64,000 bases of DNA, taken from positions 256,001 to 320,000 of the forward strand of contig CAXBMO010000006.1 of assembly GCA_963977015.1 (NCBI GenBank), read 5' to 3'. This document shows positions 28,009 through 37,398 of the stretch, piece after piece (the first letter of the stretch is position 1; each line of letters opens with the position of its first letter). Both the position numbers and the translations under genes were made by a program. The notes under the pieces are model-generated. The model did no database searches, was not told the origin of the DNA, and saw only the letters and a list, made by a program, of their open reading frames with translations. Source of the DNA: an uncultured bacterium. Lineage in GTDB: Bacteria; Verrucomicrobiota; Verrucomicrobiia; Verrucomicrobiales; DEV007.

Positions 28009-30867
28009 GTGAAAAGCAAACTCCTACCCGTTGCCAGTCCAGTCCGTTGTTCCCTCCCGTTCTGGTTGGCCCTTTTCCTCTTCGTGACTTCGGTCCCCTG
28101 GGCTCCCGGTCAGGATCAAAAGGCGGAAGATGGTGAGCGAACTCTCGTAGGTCCCGTCGTTCCTCGACCGGCGGTGACCATCTACGTGGTCAGCGATGGG
28201 AAGGGCGGTCAGGCGCGGCTCCTGCTTCGAAAATCGCACGGAACGCCCCACGTCAAGGCCCTCGCCCGGGTGCTGGATCCCGAAGAAACGGTGATTCGGT
28301 GGAAATACCTGGAGACGGCTCCGGAATCCGTGCGGAGCGCCTGGGAACCCCGGGAGGAAATCGACCTGATTTCGGAGGAGACCAAGCCCGGCCAGGTCCT
28401 GCACGAGGAAACGTTCGACCTGTCCCGGGCCGGTATCTACCAGATCCGGGTTTCCACCGCTGCAGAAGTGGTCAAGGTGGAGTTGGAATTGCCGGATGCG
28501 ACGCCCTGGGGTGTCTCTTTTCAGAACGGCAAGGGGCGAGCGTGGACCGAGACGCTGGAGAAGGCTTACGTCTATGTTCCGCCGCATGCCGAGGTGCTCC
28601 AATGGTCAGGCGGACCTTGTGTGATTCGGGATGAGGAGGGGCGCGAATTGGTGCGGAGCGAAGCGGCAGGCAAGGGAGAGGTGGAGGTTGCCAAAACGGA
28701 CACCGTCTGGGAACTCGAGTTTCCCGATCTGAAAGGCTGGGAACTGCGGGCGGCGGGATTCCCCTTCATTCTTTGTCAAAGCGCGGAGGCGGCCCGGAAG
28801 ATTCGGGGGAGCGTGGAGCAACTCGAAGACGGGACGGTTGTCTGCCACCAGTTTCAGCGGCGCATTGCGAAGCTTCTCCCGGAACTGTTGCGTCCCGAGA
28901 ACGTGGGAATCACGGAGGAACTCCTCGTTCCGCTCAAGTCGCGGGAGGATGCCTGGCTCGCCGATCCTCTGAGGAATCTCGCTCTAAGAAACAGCTTCCT
29001 CGCGGCTGTGCCAAAGTGGCTTCAGCAGCAGAATCTCGATCCCGCCAGTCACTGGAGCGGGTCGCTCGACGGCTGGCAGGAGAAGGAGAACGCCGAGCCG
29101 CCCAACAATCGGTGGGATCGGATGAGGAAGATCGATGGACTTTACGCAGGAGCCTCGAACCACTACGGCGCGGCGGCGGAACACTTGGCGCTGGCCGCGC
29201 TGCACGACTCGCCCACCAATCCTTACTTTGGAAAAACGGAGCTGCTCTACCGCGCCGCCGCCGCCGCCCTGCGCGACCTCATGACCCTGGCCGAGGACGA
29301 AACGTTCTTCGGAATTTCGGACATGAATCCCTATCCCGGGAACATGGCCTTTGTGGTCGGACAAAAGACGCTGCCCGTTTACGGCGTCGTCGCCCCGCAC
29401 CTGCCCGAGGAAATCCGCCAGGTTTGGACAGAGGGCCTCCGTCATCTCATCGACCGTTCGTTTCCGGATGGCCTGGTAAGCGCGCGGAATCAGTCCAGCC
29501 ACTACCTGGTCGCCTTCCAGGCCTTTGCTGATGGATCGGAAGACCCGGTTTATCAAAGCCTCGCCCGGCTCTATGCCCTGCGCTGGAATCAGGGGCAGCA
29601 CCCCGCCGGTTGGCACATGGAAGCCACCGGACCGGACGCGAGCTATATCGGGATGACGCATTGGCACGAAGCTGTCTACTATCGGATGAGCGGCGATCGG
29701 ACCATCCTCGATTCGCTCGCGAAGTCCTACCGCTTTTTCAATCACACCGTCGCGCCGGAGCCGGATGGCAGGATGCTCGGAGGATTCAACTTCGGTCATC
29801 GAGTTGGGGACGGGTTTTTTAACGAGCAATGGGGTGGCGCCAAGGGAATCCTCGACGATGTCCTGCCCGAAGTCGGGATCTGGGCCGGGCCCGAGCCGTC
29901 CCCGGAATTGCGCGCTGAACAGGAGGAGGACGCCCGCCGGGAGATCCGGAAATTTCTCGAGAAGCCCACGTATCCTGGCGGCGCGGCGCTGAACAACCCG
30001 CGTTACCTGCACTATCCCGAAACGGTGGATCGCGGCGCGAAATTTCCTTGTCTCGAAGAGGGGCCTTTTATCCGCGATCTCGGCGGTGAGATGGTCGCGG
30101 TGAAGCGTCCTGCGTATTATACCTATGGGTTTACCGGGAAACCGGCTGGAGGCTTCTATATCCAGCAGAAAGAGGACTTTCGCGCTCCGTTCCCGAACGA
30201 TGCCGAAGAGAACGGGGGAGCGATTGATCTGCGCAAAATCACGCCCTTTGTCGGGGGAGGTCTCTCCGGATTCTGGACGCCGGAGTATGGTCATTTTCTG
30301 CTGGCAACGAACTGGGCTCCCACGACCCATCACGGCGTGATTGCGACCAAGGCGGATGGAACCCGATATTGGGAAGACTACCACGCGCACACGCACGAAC
30401 TGGATGAGGCGGCGGGAACGTTGATGATTGAGGGACAAATTGAGTCTCTCCCGCTTCGCTACGTTCGGCGTTATGTCTTCGGGGCGGAGAGTTTGGACGT
30501 TACCCTGACGCTGAACGCGGTGGAAGACCTTGAGCTTGCCGGTCTCGTCGAGAACCTGCCCGTGGCCCGCGGCGGATGGAAAGCCCGGGGGACGGAATGG
30601 GACGCCGGTGGTGTTGCCGAAGGGGAGGTGAAGGCGGATCGGTTTCGCGCCATCGACCAGACCGGCGCCGGGGCCGAAATCCGCTTCGACCGGGTCCGGC
30701 CCCTTCGCCTCGTTCCAGAAGGCCTCCGAGCCGGAGGTTGGCGGCTGCTCCAGATCGGGCGAGTCGAAATTCAGCTTCCTGCGATGTTGAAAGCGGGAGA
30801 ATCGATCGAAGTTGCGTATTCCATCAGGCCATTGCGGGCGGCGGATAAGGGTGAGGTGGCCCGCTAA
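28009..30867 (+). CDS. Large secreted hypothetical protein
   Basis: About 950 aa ORF with signal-like N-terminus; GTG 28009 supported by conservation in the duplicated leader. Confidence 0.75.
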   Translation: MKSKLLPVASPVRCSLPFWLALFLFVTSVPWAPGQDQKAEDGERTLVGPVVPRPAVTIYVVSDGKGGQARLLLRKSHGTPHVKALARVLDPEETVIRWKYLETAPESVRSAWEPREEIDLISEETKPGQVLHEETFDLSRAGIYQIRVSTAAEVVKVELELPDATPWGVSFQNGKGRAWTETLEKAYVYVPPHAEVLQWSGGPCVIRDEEGRELVRSEAAGKGEVEVAKTDTVWELEFPDLKGWELRAAGFPFILCQSAEAARKIRGSVEQLEDGTVVCHQFQRRIAKLLPELLRPENVGITEELLVPLKSREDAWLADPLRNLALRNSFLAAVPKWLQQQNLDPASHWSGSLDGWQEKENAEPPNNRWDRMRKIDGLYAGASNHYGAAAEHLALAALHDSPTNPYFGKTELLYRAAAAALRDLMTLAEDETFFGISDMNPYPGNMAFVVGQKTLPVYGVVAPHLPEEIRQVWTEGLRHLIDRSFPDGLVSARNQSSHYLVAFQAFADGSEDPVYQSLARLYALRWNQGQHPAGWHMEATGPDASYIGMTHWHEAVYYRMSGDRTILDSLAKSYRFFNHTVAPEPDGRMLGGFNFGHRVGDGFFNEQWGGAKGILDDVLPEVGIWAGPEPSPELRAEQEEDARREIRKFLEKPTYPGGAALNNPRYLHYPETVDRGAKFPCLEEGPFIRDLGGEMVAVKRPAYYTYGFTGKPAGGFYIQQKEDFRAPFPNDAEENGGAIDLRKITPFVGGGLSGFWTPEYGHFLLATNWAPTTHHGVIATKADGTRYWEDYHAHTHELDEAAGTLMIEGQIESLPLRYVRRYVFGAESLDVTLTLNAVEDLELAGLVENLPVARGGWKARGTEWDAGGVAEGEVKADRFRAIDQTGAGAEIRFDRVRPLRLVPEGLRAGGWRLLQIGRVEIQLPAMLKAGESIEVAYSIRPLRAADKGEVAR

Positions 30868-30870
30868 TTT

Positions 30871-30940
30871 TGTATTCCGGAGATTTCTCCGGAACAACGG
30901 AATCGACCCGCCATCCATCCGGAGAAATCTCCGGATTACA
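30871..30940. repeat. REP doublet (REPIN), left of RAYT
   Basis: TGTATTCCGGAGATTTCTCCGGA ... TCCGGAGAAATCTCCGGATTACA. Confidence 0.9.
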
Positions 30941-31631
30941 TTTCCGCGTTCTCATCCTCGAAAACCCAATCCGCCTCCCGCCACTCCGGCGCGATCCATC
31001 GTCGCCAGCCTTTCTCGTGCTCCAGCCCGGCGTGGGTGGGATTCCGCCCGAGGTATTGCAGTGCTTTATCGAGATGCGCAACATCGCGGACAATCCGGTC
31101 ATAGCTCTCCTCCATCCAAAGCTGTTGCCCGGGCGTGCCGCGCTCGTGATTCAATTTCCGTGCGATGTGCGATTTCCAATACTGCAGCAGCCGCTCCAAT
31201 TTCCGCCCCGGGAAAGGGCGAACCAACAAGTGAACGTGGTTCGGCATCACCACAGAAGCGCCCAGGTAATACCATTCATCCTGCCGATACCGCAGCGCAT
31301 CAGACAACTGATCGGCCCAGCGGCGGTCGCGGAACACGCACGACCCGTAGCCGCGATCGAGCCAACGCTCGGCCAAACTGGTGTATTCGTGGGCATACGC
31401 GTTCCACTGCTCCTCGGTGCGCGGTGGCGGATAGAGTTGCTCCCAGGTTCGGCGGAGAATGCGCAGGTTCTCCTGAGTCTGTTGATCCAACGCGTCGTCC
31501 TGGCGAAACGTGACCCAATACGTCGCCCCGTCCTGTCGCCAATGCGGGAGCCGTCGCGTGTAACGGTGAATTGGGCGTTCCCCATCCAGGCCCGTGAACC
31601 CAGGCGGCCCTTCATCGTCCTCCGGCGTCAT
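30936..31631 (-). mobile_element. REP-associated tyrosine transposase (RAYT, Y1 HUH)
   Basis: RRLPHW...TYWVTFR, VVMPNHVHLL (HUH), WK..AR.LN, LW.EESYDRIVR, Y...NP; REP doublets on both sides. Confidence 0.9.
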
Positions 31632-31668
31632 GTTCCAGAATTAGGGCAAAACGGCTGACCGCAGCAAA

Positions 31669-31737
31669 TGTATTCCGGAGATTTCTCCGGAAAAACCGCA
31701 GTAACTGAATCCAATCCGGAGAAATCTCCGGATTACA
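31669..31737. repeat. REP doublet (REPIN), right of RAYT
   Basis: Same 23-nt arms as 30871-30940 with a different spacer. Confidence 0.9.
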
Positions 31738-31853
31738 ACTCCTATCTGCGCGGTGAACCCGCGTTGGACAGGCCACTCGCAAGGAGCTCATCGGCAAGAG
31801 CCTCGGTGGCAGCGTTCACCGCATGGAGTGGGACGTGAAGTAAACCAGTCGGT

Positions 31854-32786
31854 TCAGCGCTTGGCAACGGCGTCGTGGGCGGTTTGCCGCAGGAACCGGG
31901 CGTAGTCCGGATCGAAATCTTTGGGAACGAAGCTGTTCTCCACGACGCTCTCCCCAAACAACACTTCAAACCACACGCATCCCAGCAGATACTTTCCGGC
32001 ATTGCTGGCGTGATGGCCGTCGATTCGCAGTTTCTTGGTTCCGTCGTCGCCCTTCTTCCAATACCAGCCGGCATGTAGCGAGTGATCCTGGTTGGGACGG
32101 GCGGGCGCTTCGGCATCCTCGAAATCAAAGTCTGCATCCGGTTTGTAACCCCACTTCGGATCGGTGTCGGCCATGAACATGGCGTCTCCGCTCGGGATGA
32201 TTCCGTCCAGTTCCAACTCTGCTGCCAAGGTATGGTAAGCCTCGCGCACCTGGCGATACATCTCCTCTTGGGTGGAAGGCTCCTTGCCTTTGTTCTTGGG
32301 GACGAACCGAGGATCATCCACCCGGTAGGCCCAGATTTGATGCGCCAGGATCTTGGCATCGGGCGCTCGATCCTTAATATAGTTGTAGAGATCCCGCGCA
32401 TACGGATAATAGGTGCTCAGGTCATGGCTGCGGAAGCTAACCTGTTGGATCGTCACAAAATCCCACGTCTCCCGCTTGAGATAATCATGGAGCGAGAGCG
32501 ATCCTCCGCCGTAGGGCGAACCATCCTTGCTTTCCGGGTCTTTTTCAAACGCGGCGACGTGCCGCCAATGGCGCTCGAAGGTGCAACCGCCCAGGTTCGC
32601 CCTCCCGGCGATCAACTCGTGCCCGGCCGCCTCCGCCAGATCCGGGAGGTAGGTCAGCGCGTTGACCGCGAAACTATTGCCCACCGTCAACACCCGCACC
32701 GTCTTGGATTCCGGTTCGGCGGCAAGCAGGGGAGCGAGAACGAAAGCGGTCAGGGAAAGCGCGCCGAGGAACATTCTGCGCGTCAT
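31854..32786 (-). CDS. DUF4886 / SGNH-type hydrolase
   Basis: VLTVGNSF, NLGGC, WDFVTIQQVS, HQIWAY, IIPSG, DGHHAS; export signal from ATG 32786. Confidence 0.8.
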   Translation of the reverse strand: MTRRMFLGALSLTAFVLAPLLAAEPESKTVRVLTVGNSFAVNALTYLPDLAEAAGHELIAGRANLGGCTFERHWRHVAAFEKDPESKDGSPYGGGSLSLHDYLKRETWDFVTIQQVSFRSHDLSTYYPYARDLYNYIKDRAPDAKILAHQIWAYRVDDPRFVPKNKGKEPSTQEEMYRQVREAYHTLAAELELDGIIPSGDAMFMADTDPKWGYKPDADFDFEDAEAPARPNQDHSLHAGWYWKKGDDGTKKLRIDGHHASNAGKYLLGCVWFEVLFGESVVENSFVPKDFDPDYARFLRQTAHDAVAKR

Positions 32787-32904
32787 CGTCAAGTTGGATT
32801 GAGCAGGGGTCATCCGCGATTCTAGCTTCCCTTTTGGGTTCATCAACTGTGGAGAAAATTTTTGGGACTTGCGCTCGCCGCGAATCTCCGCTTTCTCCAG
32901 AGAG

Positions 32905-34002
32905 ATGAAACCCCGATCCCTGCTTCTCCTCCTTTCACTCGTCGCGATTTCTCCGGTTTGGGCCCAGAAAAAGCACGCGCCAATTCGCGAAGACATTCCC
33001 TTCGGCGGGAACTTGAATCCCAAAATGGAGGAACCCGTTTTCGCCGTCGCCTCAAAGCAGGGAGGCCGCATTCTCGTTTCGCGCGACGATGGCAAAACGT
33101 GGGAGCAGACCTTTCTCGGGACGGATTCGCTGGAGGACGGCGGCTGGCACGGCACCTTTGCGGTCTACGGCATGGCTTACACCGAAGGGGTCATCGGGGT
33201 GTTCAGCGGCTGGGGCACGCCGGGCGTCTACATCGGCTCCGACGACGGGGTGAACTGGGCGCATCTCAACGACGAGCCGATCGAACGGTTGGGAAGCGTC
33301 TGGGGCGCGACGGGCGGTCAGGGGATCTTCCTGACGAGCGCCGACATGTGGCGCGGGATGACGAGCGCGAGCTCGAAGGACGGTTTCGCGACGTGGACGC
33401 CGCACAAAGTTCAGAAGCTGATGGGAGAAGGTGGCAAAACGCATCACATGATTGCGGGCTATGGCGACTACGAAGGTGGGCGCTTTCTGGTGATTGGCGA
33501 CAACCAGCACGTCTTCTACAGCGAGGACGGTTGTCTAACGTGGAAGCATAGCCGAATCCCCGCCGAAGCCGGGGGTGGGCAGGAAGTGTTGGTATACGGC
33601 AACGGCGTTTTCGTATGCAGCTTCAAGAACGGCATCGCGCGTTCCGAGGATGGTGGGCAGACGTGGAGCCTGCACGATCCCGGTCTGAAGGGATGGGGAA
33701 AGACGTGGCGCGGGCTCAGCTTCGTCAACGGCGAGTTCTGGCTCATGGCGCAGAAGGGAAGCCACGGTCGACGCAGCAAGGACGGCATCACTTGGGAAGA
33801 CCTGCCCAAGGGAATGCCGGGCGGCCGATTCGTCGAGTCCGACCAGGGAACCATCATCAATGTCGAGCGTCGGCGTTATGACATCAAGCGCAGCGCCGAT
33901 AGCGGCAAAACCTGGGAATCGGTCTTCATGGCCCCCAAGCAGGACGTCTCCTGGGACACCGCCTTCGCCGTTTGGGGAAAGGTGAACACGGCGAAGCCCT
34001 GA
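32905..34002 (+). CDS. Secreted BNR/Asp-box repeat beta-propeller protein
   Basis: SRDDGKTW, SDDGVNW, SEDGCLTW, SEDGGQTW, SKDGITW, SADSGKTW. Confidence 0.8.
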   Translation: MKPRSLLLLLSLVAISPVWAQKKHAPIREDIPFGGNLNPKMEEPVFAVASKQGGRILVSRDDGKTWEQTFLGTDSLEDGGWHGTFAVYGMAYTEGVIGVFSGWGTPGVYIGSDDGVNWAHLNDEPIERLGSVWGATGGQGIFLTSADMWRGMTSASSKDGFATWTPHKVQKLMGEGGKTHHMIAGYGDYEGGRFLVIGDNQHVFYSEDGCLTWKHSRIPAEAGGGQEVLVYGNGVFVCSFKNGIARSEDGGQTWSLHDPGLKGWGKTWRGLSFVNGEFWLMAQKGSHGRRSKDGITWEDLPKGMPGGRFVESDQGTIINVERRRYDIKRSADSGKTWESVFMAPKQDVSWDTAFAVWGKVNTAKP

Positions 34003-34043
34003 ATTGCGGCTGGACTGTTGCTCACGCTCTCTATCTTGGTGCC

Positions 34044-35178
34044 ATGAAACCCCTTCTCATCCTCTGTTCCGTTCTTCTGATCACGGCCGCCGCTCAGGCG
34101 AAAGACTCTCCGGAGGAAATTGCCCGGCAGGAACGATTTCGCGCCGAAATCCCGCTTGGCGGGAACTTTGAACCCGAACCGGAGGAAGGCGTTTTCATCG
34201 CCGCGGGTCATGGCATGAATGTCGTCGCCTCGCGCGATGACGGCAGGACGTGGAAGCCGGTTTTCTACGGCGCACCCTGCGGCGACCATGGTCGTTGGGC
34301 GGTCTGGAACTCGGTTGCCTACACCAACGGCGTCTTCGCGATCGCCTCAGGCTGGGGCGCCCGGAACCATCATCGCGTCCGAGGACGGCCAGAATTGGCG
34401 TCACTTGACCAATGCCGATCGAAAGCCGTCGCGCAAAGGCACCTTGCCCTACGACATGAAAACGACCATGGAGCTGCTCGGCGTCGATGGCGCGTTCATC
34501 ATGCCGCTGGAAGCGACGCCGGATTTCGGCAAGACATGGTTTCAGCACTCGGCTTACGGCTTCAAGGATGACGCCGGTGAGCGGGTCAAGATCGACATCG
34601 GTCACCCGTCTCTGGCTTGCGGCGAGTATGCTGGGAAGAAGCGCATCATTGTGATTGGAGACAACGGTCCCGGAATCTCCAGCGACGACCTCGGCGAGAC
34701 GTGGGTTCCGATGACTGGCGTGAAAGCAGAACCGTGGGGCGAGCGCGGCGCCAAGGGCATCCTGGCCAAGGGCGACGTCTTTCTCATCGTTAAAGGCGAG
34801 GGCGAGACCGTGCTTCGTTCGGTCGATGGAGGGATGACGTGGCAGGCTCATCCGCTGGGCATCAAGCGTCCGCTCAGCCGTTCGTTCGGGCTCTCGATCG
34901 TCGGCGACGAATTCTGGGTCACCGGCGAAACGTCCAAGGCAAGCGTGGACGGCGTCACGTGGCGCGATCTCCCAACTGAACTTCCCTCGGGCCGGTTTGA
35001 GCAATCCGCCACCGGCACCTTGATCAACGTGAACCGCAAACGGCACTCCATTCTGCGCAGCGAAGATGGTGGGAAGACATGGGCCGACGTCTACGCCTTC
35101 GTCCCCGACCCCAAAGCGACGGGCGGTGCGCAAGGCTTTTCCGACGTCGCCTTTGGCAAGGTGAAGCGGATTCCCTAA
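34044..35178 (+). pseudogene. BNR repeat beta-propeller paralog, frameshifted near 34360
   Basis: First frame MKPLLIL...ASGWGA continues in another frame as PGTIIASEDGQNW...; paralog reads SGWGTPGV. Confidence 0.8.
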
Positions 35179-35208
35179 CCGAGACCGTGCGCAAGTTCGT
35201 CGCCACGC

Positions 35209-35238
35209 TTGACATTCCGTTTTTCGCCGCCGTAGCAT
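35209..35238 (+). promoter_or_regulatory. Sigma70-like promoter
   Basis: TTGACA-N18-TAGCAT about 45 nt upstream of ATG 35283. Confidence 0.4.
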
Positions 35239-35282
35239 TTCCTCCTTCATCATTGGCACAGGTCCCCCTCTCAATCATCAAA

Positions 35283-35861
35283 ATGAACCTCCAATTCATC
35301 ACCGTCGTTATGTTCCTCAGTCTATTCACCTGCGTGCACGCCAAGACGTGGACGGATCAGATGGGGAGGACGTTTGAGGGAGAGTTTCAGGAAACGGACT
35401 TGGTGACCGTAAAGATCAAAAGAGCGACGGACAGGCGAGTGGTGAGTGTGGCGATCGAGAAATTGTCACTGGAGGATCAGCGTTTTGTCAGGCAAATGTC
35501 GTTGGAGGTTCCGTTTGAGGAGGCGGTGGAAAAGGCGACGGAAAGCAAGAAGCCGATCTTGTGCTTTTACTACAACGAATGTGACGACGAGGCCTTTGAT
35601 GAAGTGATCGCGGATTACATCCACCGGGAAGGATTCTTCGAGCTAACCAAGGACTGGAAGGTCATTGCGGTTCGAGAGAAGTTAGAGTTCCGGGATCCCT
35701 TTTTGGGGAAGAGCGCACCCAACCCGGCGATGGTCTTCATGGATTCGACCGGGAAGGATCTGGGGAGTTTTGAGGTGATTAACGAACGAGGTTATTCGAT
35801 GGAACGTCTGGCGGGAATGTTGCAGCGGATGGATACCAAGGCATCAAGCGGTGGCAACTGA
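35283..35861 (+). CDS. Secreted SHD1-like plus thioredoxin-like protein
   Basis: KTWTDQMGRTFEGEF...IEKLSLEDQRFV; FEEAVEKATESKKPILCFY...PAMVFMDSTGK. Confidence 0.7.
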   Translation: MNLQFITVVMFLSLFTCVHAKTWTDQMGRTFEGEFQETDLVTVKIKRATDRRVVSVAIEKLSLEDQRFVRQMSLEVPFEEAVEKATESKKPILCFYYNECDDEAFDEVIADYIHREGFFELTKDWKVIAVREKLEFRDPFLGKSAPNPAMVFMDSTGKDLGSFEVINERGYSMERLAGMLQRMDTKASSGGN

Positions 35862-35952
35862 TCGCGGCGCGTCGTTCCAAACGGAGCGGATTCGGTGATG
35901 CTTCTCGTTCGGTCCCGTCTCCCTCGGGCATGGCGCCTCTGAGGTGAGGACG

Positions 35953-37215
35953 TCACGCGGATTGGAGGCGGCGCTGTGACGGCTGCCGGAGTGGTCTGGC
36001 CCTGGCGCTGAGGTAGGCGATGACGCATTTGCCAAGATTGCCGTAGAGGTAGCCGCTGACCCAGTAGTGGATGAGGAAGCCGAGCGCCATTCCAACCCCG
36101 CCACTTGCCGAGCCGAAGAGGACGCCAATTGGGACGGCGATAATGTAGAGATTGATGCGGTCGATGAATTGAACGATGATGAAGCGGCCGTAGTTCGCGA
36201 ACACCATCTTGGCGTTGGTGCGCACATGGAAAAAGGAACTGAGTTTGCCGGTGAGGGCGTAGCGGACCGCGGCGGCGCGATAGAGTGGACCGGTGAGGAA
36301 GAAGACAAACAGGAGGACGACGATGACGGGGAGCCAGGATTTGAAGAGGGCGCGTCCCAGTTGTAAAACGGCGGTCCAGAAGATGTCGAAACTCAGGGTG
36401 AAGATGCTCTTGATGATATCGAGGAAGGCGGCCAGGGCGGAGATGACCTGGGTTGCGTCCAAAAGAATCAAGAGCGCGATGGCCGGCAGGGCGTAGAGGA
36501 GCGTCATGCACCAGAGGACCGATCCCGATGCGAGGAAGCGACCAAAGTCTTTGGCGAACGGAAAGGGATTGGCCGTGCCGTAGGCGATGCGCCGGGTGAG
36601 ATCCAACCGCCAACCCCGGAGTACGAGAAGATCGATGACGGGGAGGAGCCCGATTAGGGCCACCCACCAAAGGCGGGCAAACCATTGCGGGTGATTGAAG
36701 GGGGCTTTGAGCGCGGAAAAGTAGTTGAGGTCGCAGTAGTAGGGCTGCTTCCCAAAGGTGTCGTCGGTGAACAGGGAGAAGGTGGGGAGTTCGTTGAGCA
36801 GCGTCTCAAAGCTTTGTTTCAGCGTGGCGGTGTGAAACTGAAAGCCATCCCGCTTGGCCAGGGTCCGGATCTCCCCCGGCAGCTGTTGGGCGCGTGGAAA
36901 CGGAGTGTTGTCGATGCAAACCGGAATGACGGGAGTGGCTCCCTTGGTGAGGGCTCGTTGCAGTTCGGTTCGCACATAGTCAGGCTGATTGGTGCGCTCC
37001 GCCAGGGAATGGACCCAACGGGGACCAATCAAGGCCAGAACGATGTCGGACTCATCGACCGCCCGGTTCAGTTTTTCTTCGAAGTTCGAGCCGAGCGTTC
37101 GGCTTTCGGTATCGAAAAAGACCCGATGACCTCGTGCGCTTAGCTCTCTGTAGAGGAGTTGACCCAACTGCGCCGCCGGTTGGTCCTCCCTTCGATAGGA
37201 AATAAAGATTCTCAT
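35953..37215 (-). CDS. TIR domain fused to a DUF4013-like membrane domain
   Basis: IFISYRRED, VFFD, LALIGPRW, YVRTEL, VIPV; then several TM helices. Confidence 0.8.
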   Translation of the reverse strand: MRIFISYRREDQPAAQLGQLLYRELSARGHRVFFDTESRTLGSNFEEKLNRAVDESDIVLALIGPRWVHSLAERTNQPDYVRTELQRALTKGATPVIPVCIDNTPFPRAQQLPGEIRTLAKRDGFQFHTATLKQSFETLLNELPTFSLFTDDTFGKQPYYCDLNYFSALKAPFNHPQWFARLWWVALIGLLPVIDLLVLRGWRLDLTRRIAYGTANPFPFAKDFGRFLASGSVLWCMTLLYALPAIALLILLDATQVISALAAFLDIIKSIFTLSFDIFWTAVLQLGRALFKSWLPVIVVLLFVFFLTGPLYRAAAVRYALTGKLSSFFHVRTNAKMVFANYGRFIIVQFIDRINLYIIAVPIGVLFGSASGGVGMALGFLIHYWVSGYLYGNLGKCVIAYLSARARPLRQPSQRRLQSA

Positions 37216-37398
37216 GCCCAGAATGTTTTGATCGCTGTTAACTGCTGCTACCTGATTAGCTCATGACATCGATTTTCAATCCTGACAAGGACGAATTGAA
37301 ACCGGGATCGACAAAATGGCAGGCGACCGGAATTTGGCGGGAATCGGCGATTGAAAAGGGATTGCGCGTCGGGAAAACCGCGATTTGGATAGATCGCG

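Noticed and set aside
25059-30918. Long antisense ORFs (25059-26900, 28984-30918 and similar elsewhere)
   Set aside because: Shadow frames of well-supported genes in GC-rich DNA with no recognisable motifs
35830-35915. attC-like right half (CGGTGATGCTTCTCGTTCGG) between the SHD1 and TIR genes
   Set aside because: No convincing complementary left half or matched core site
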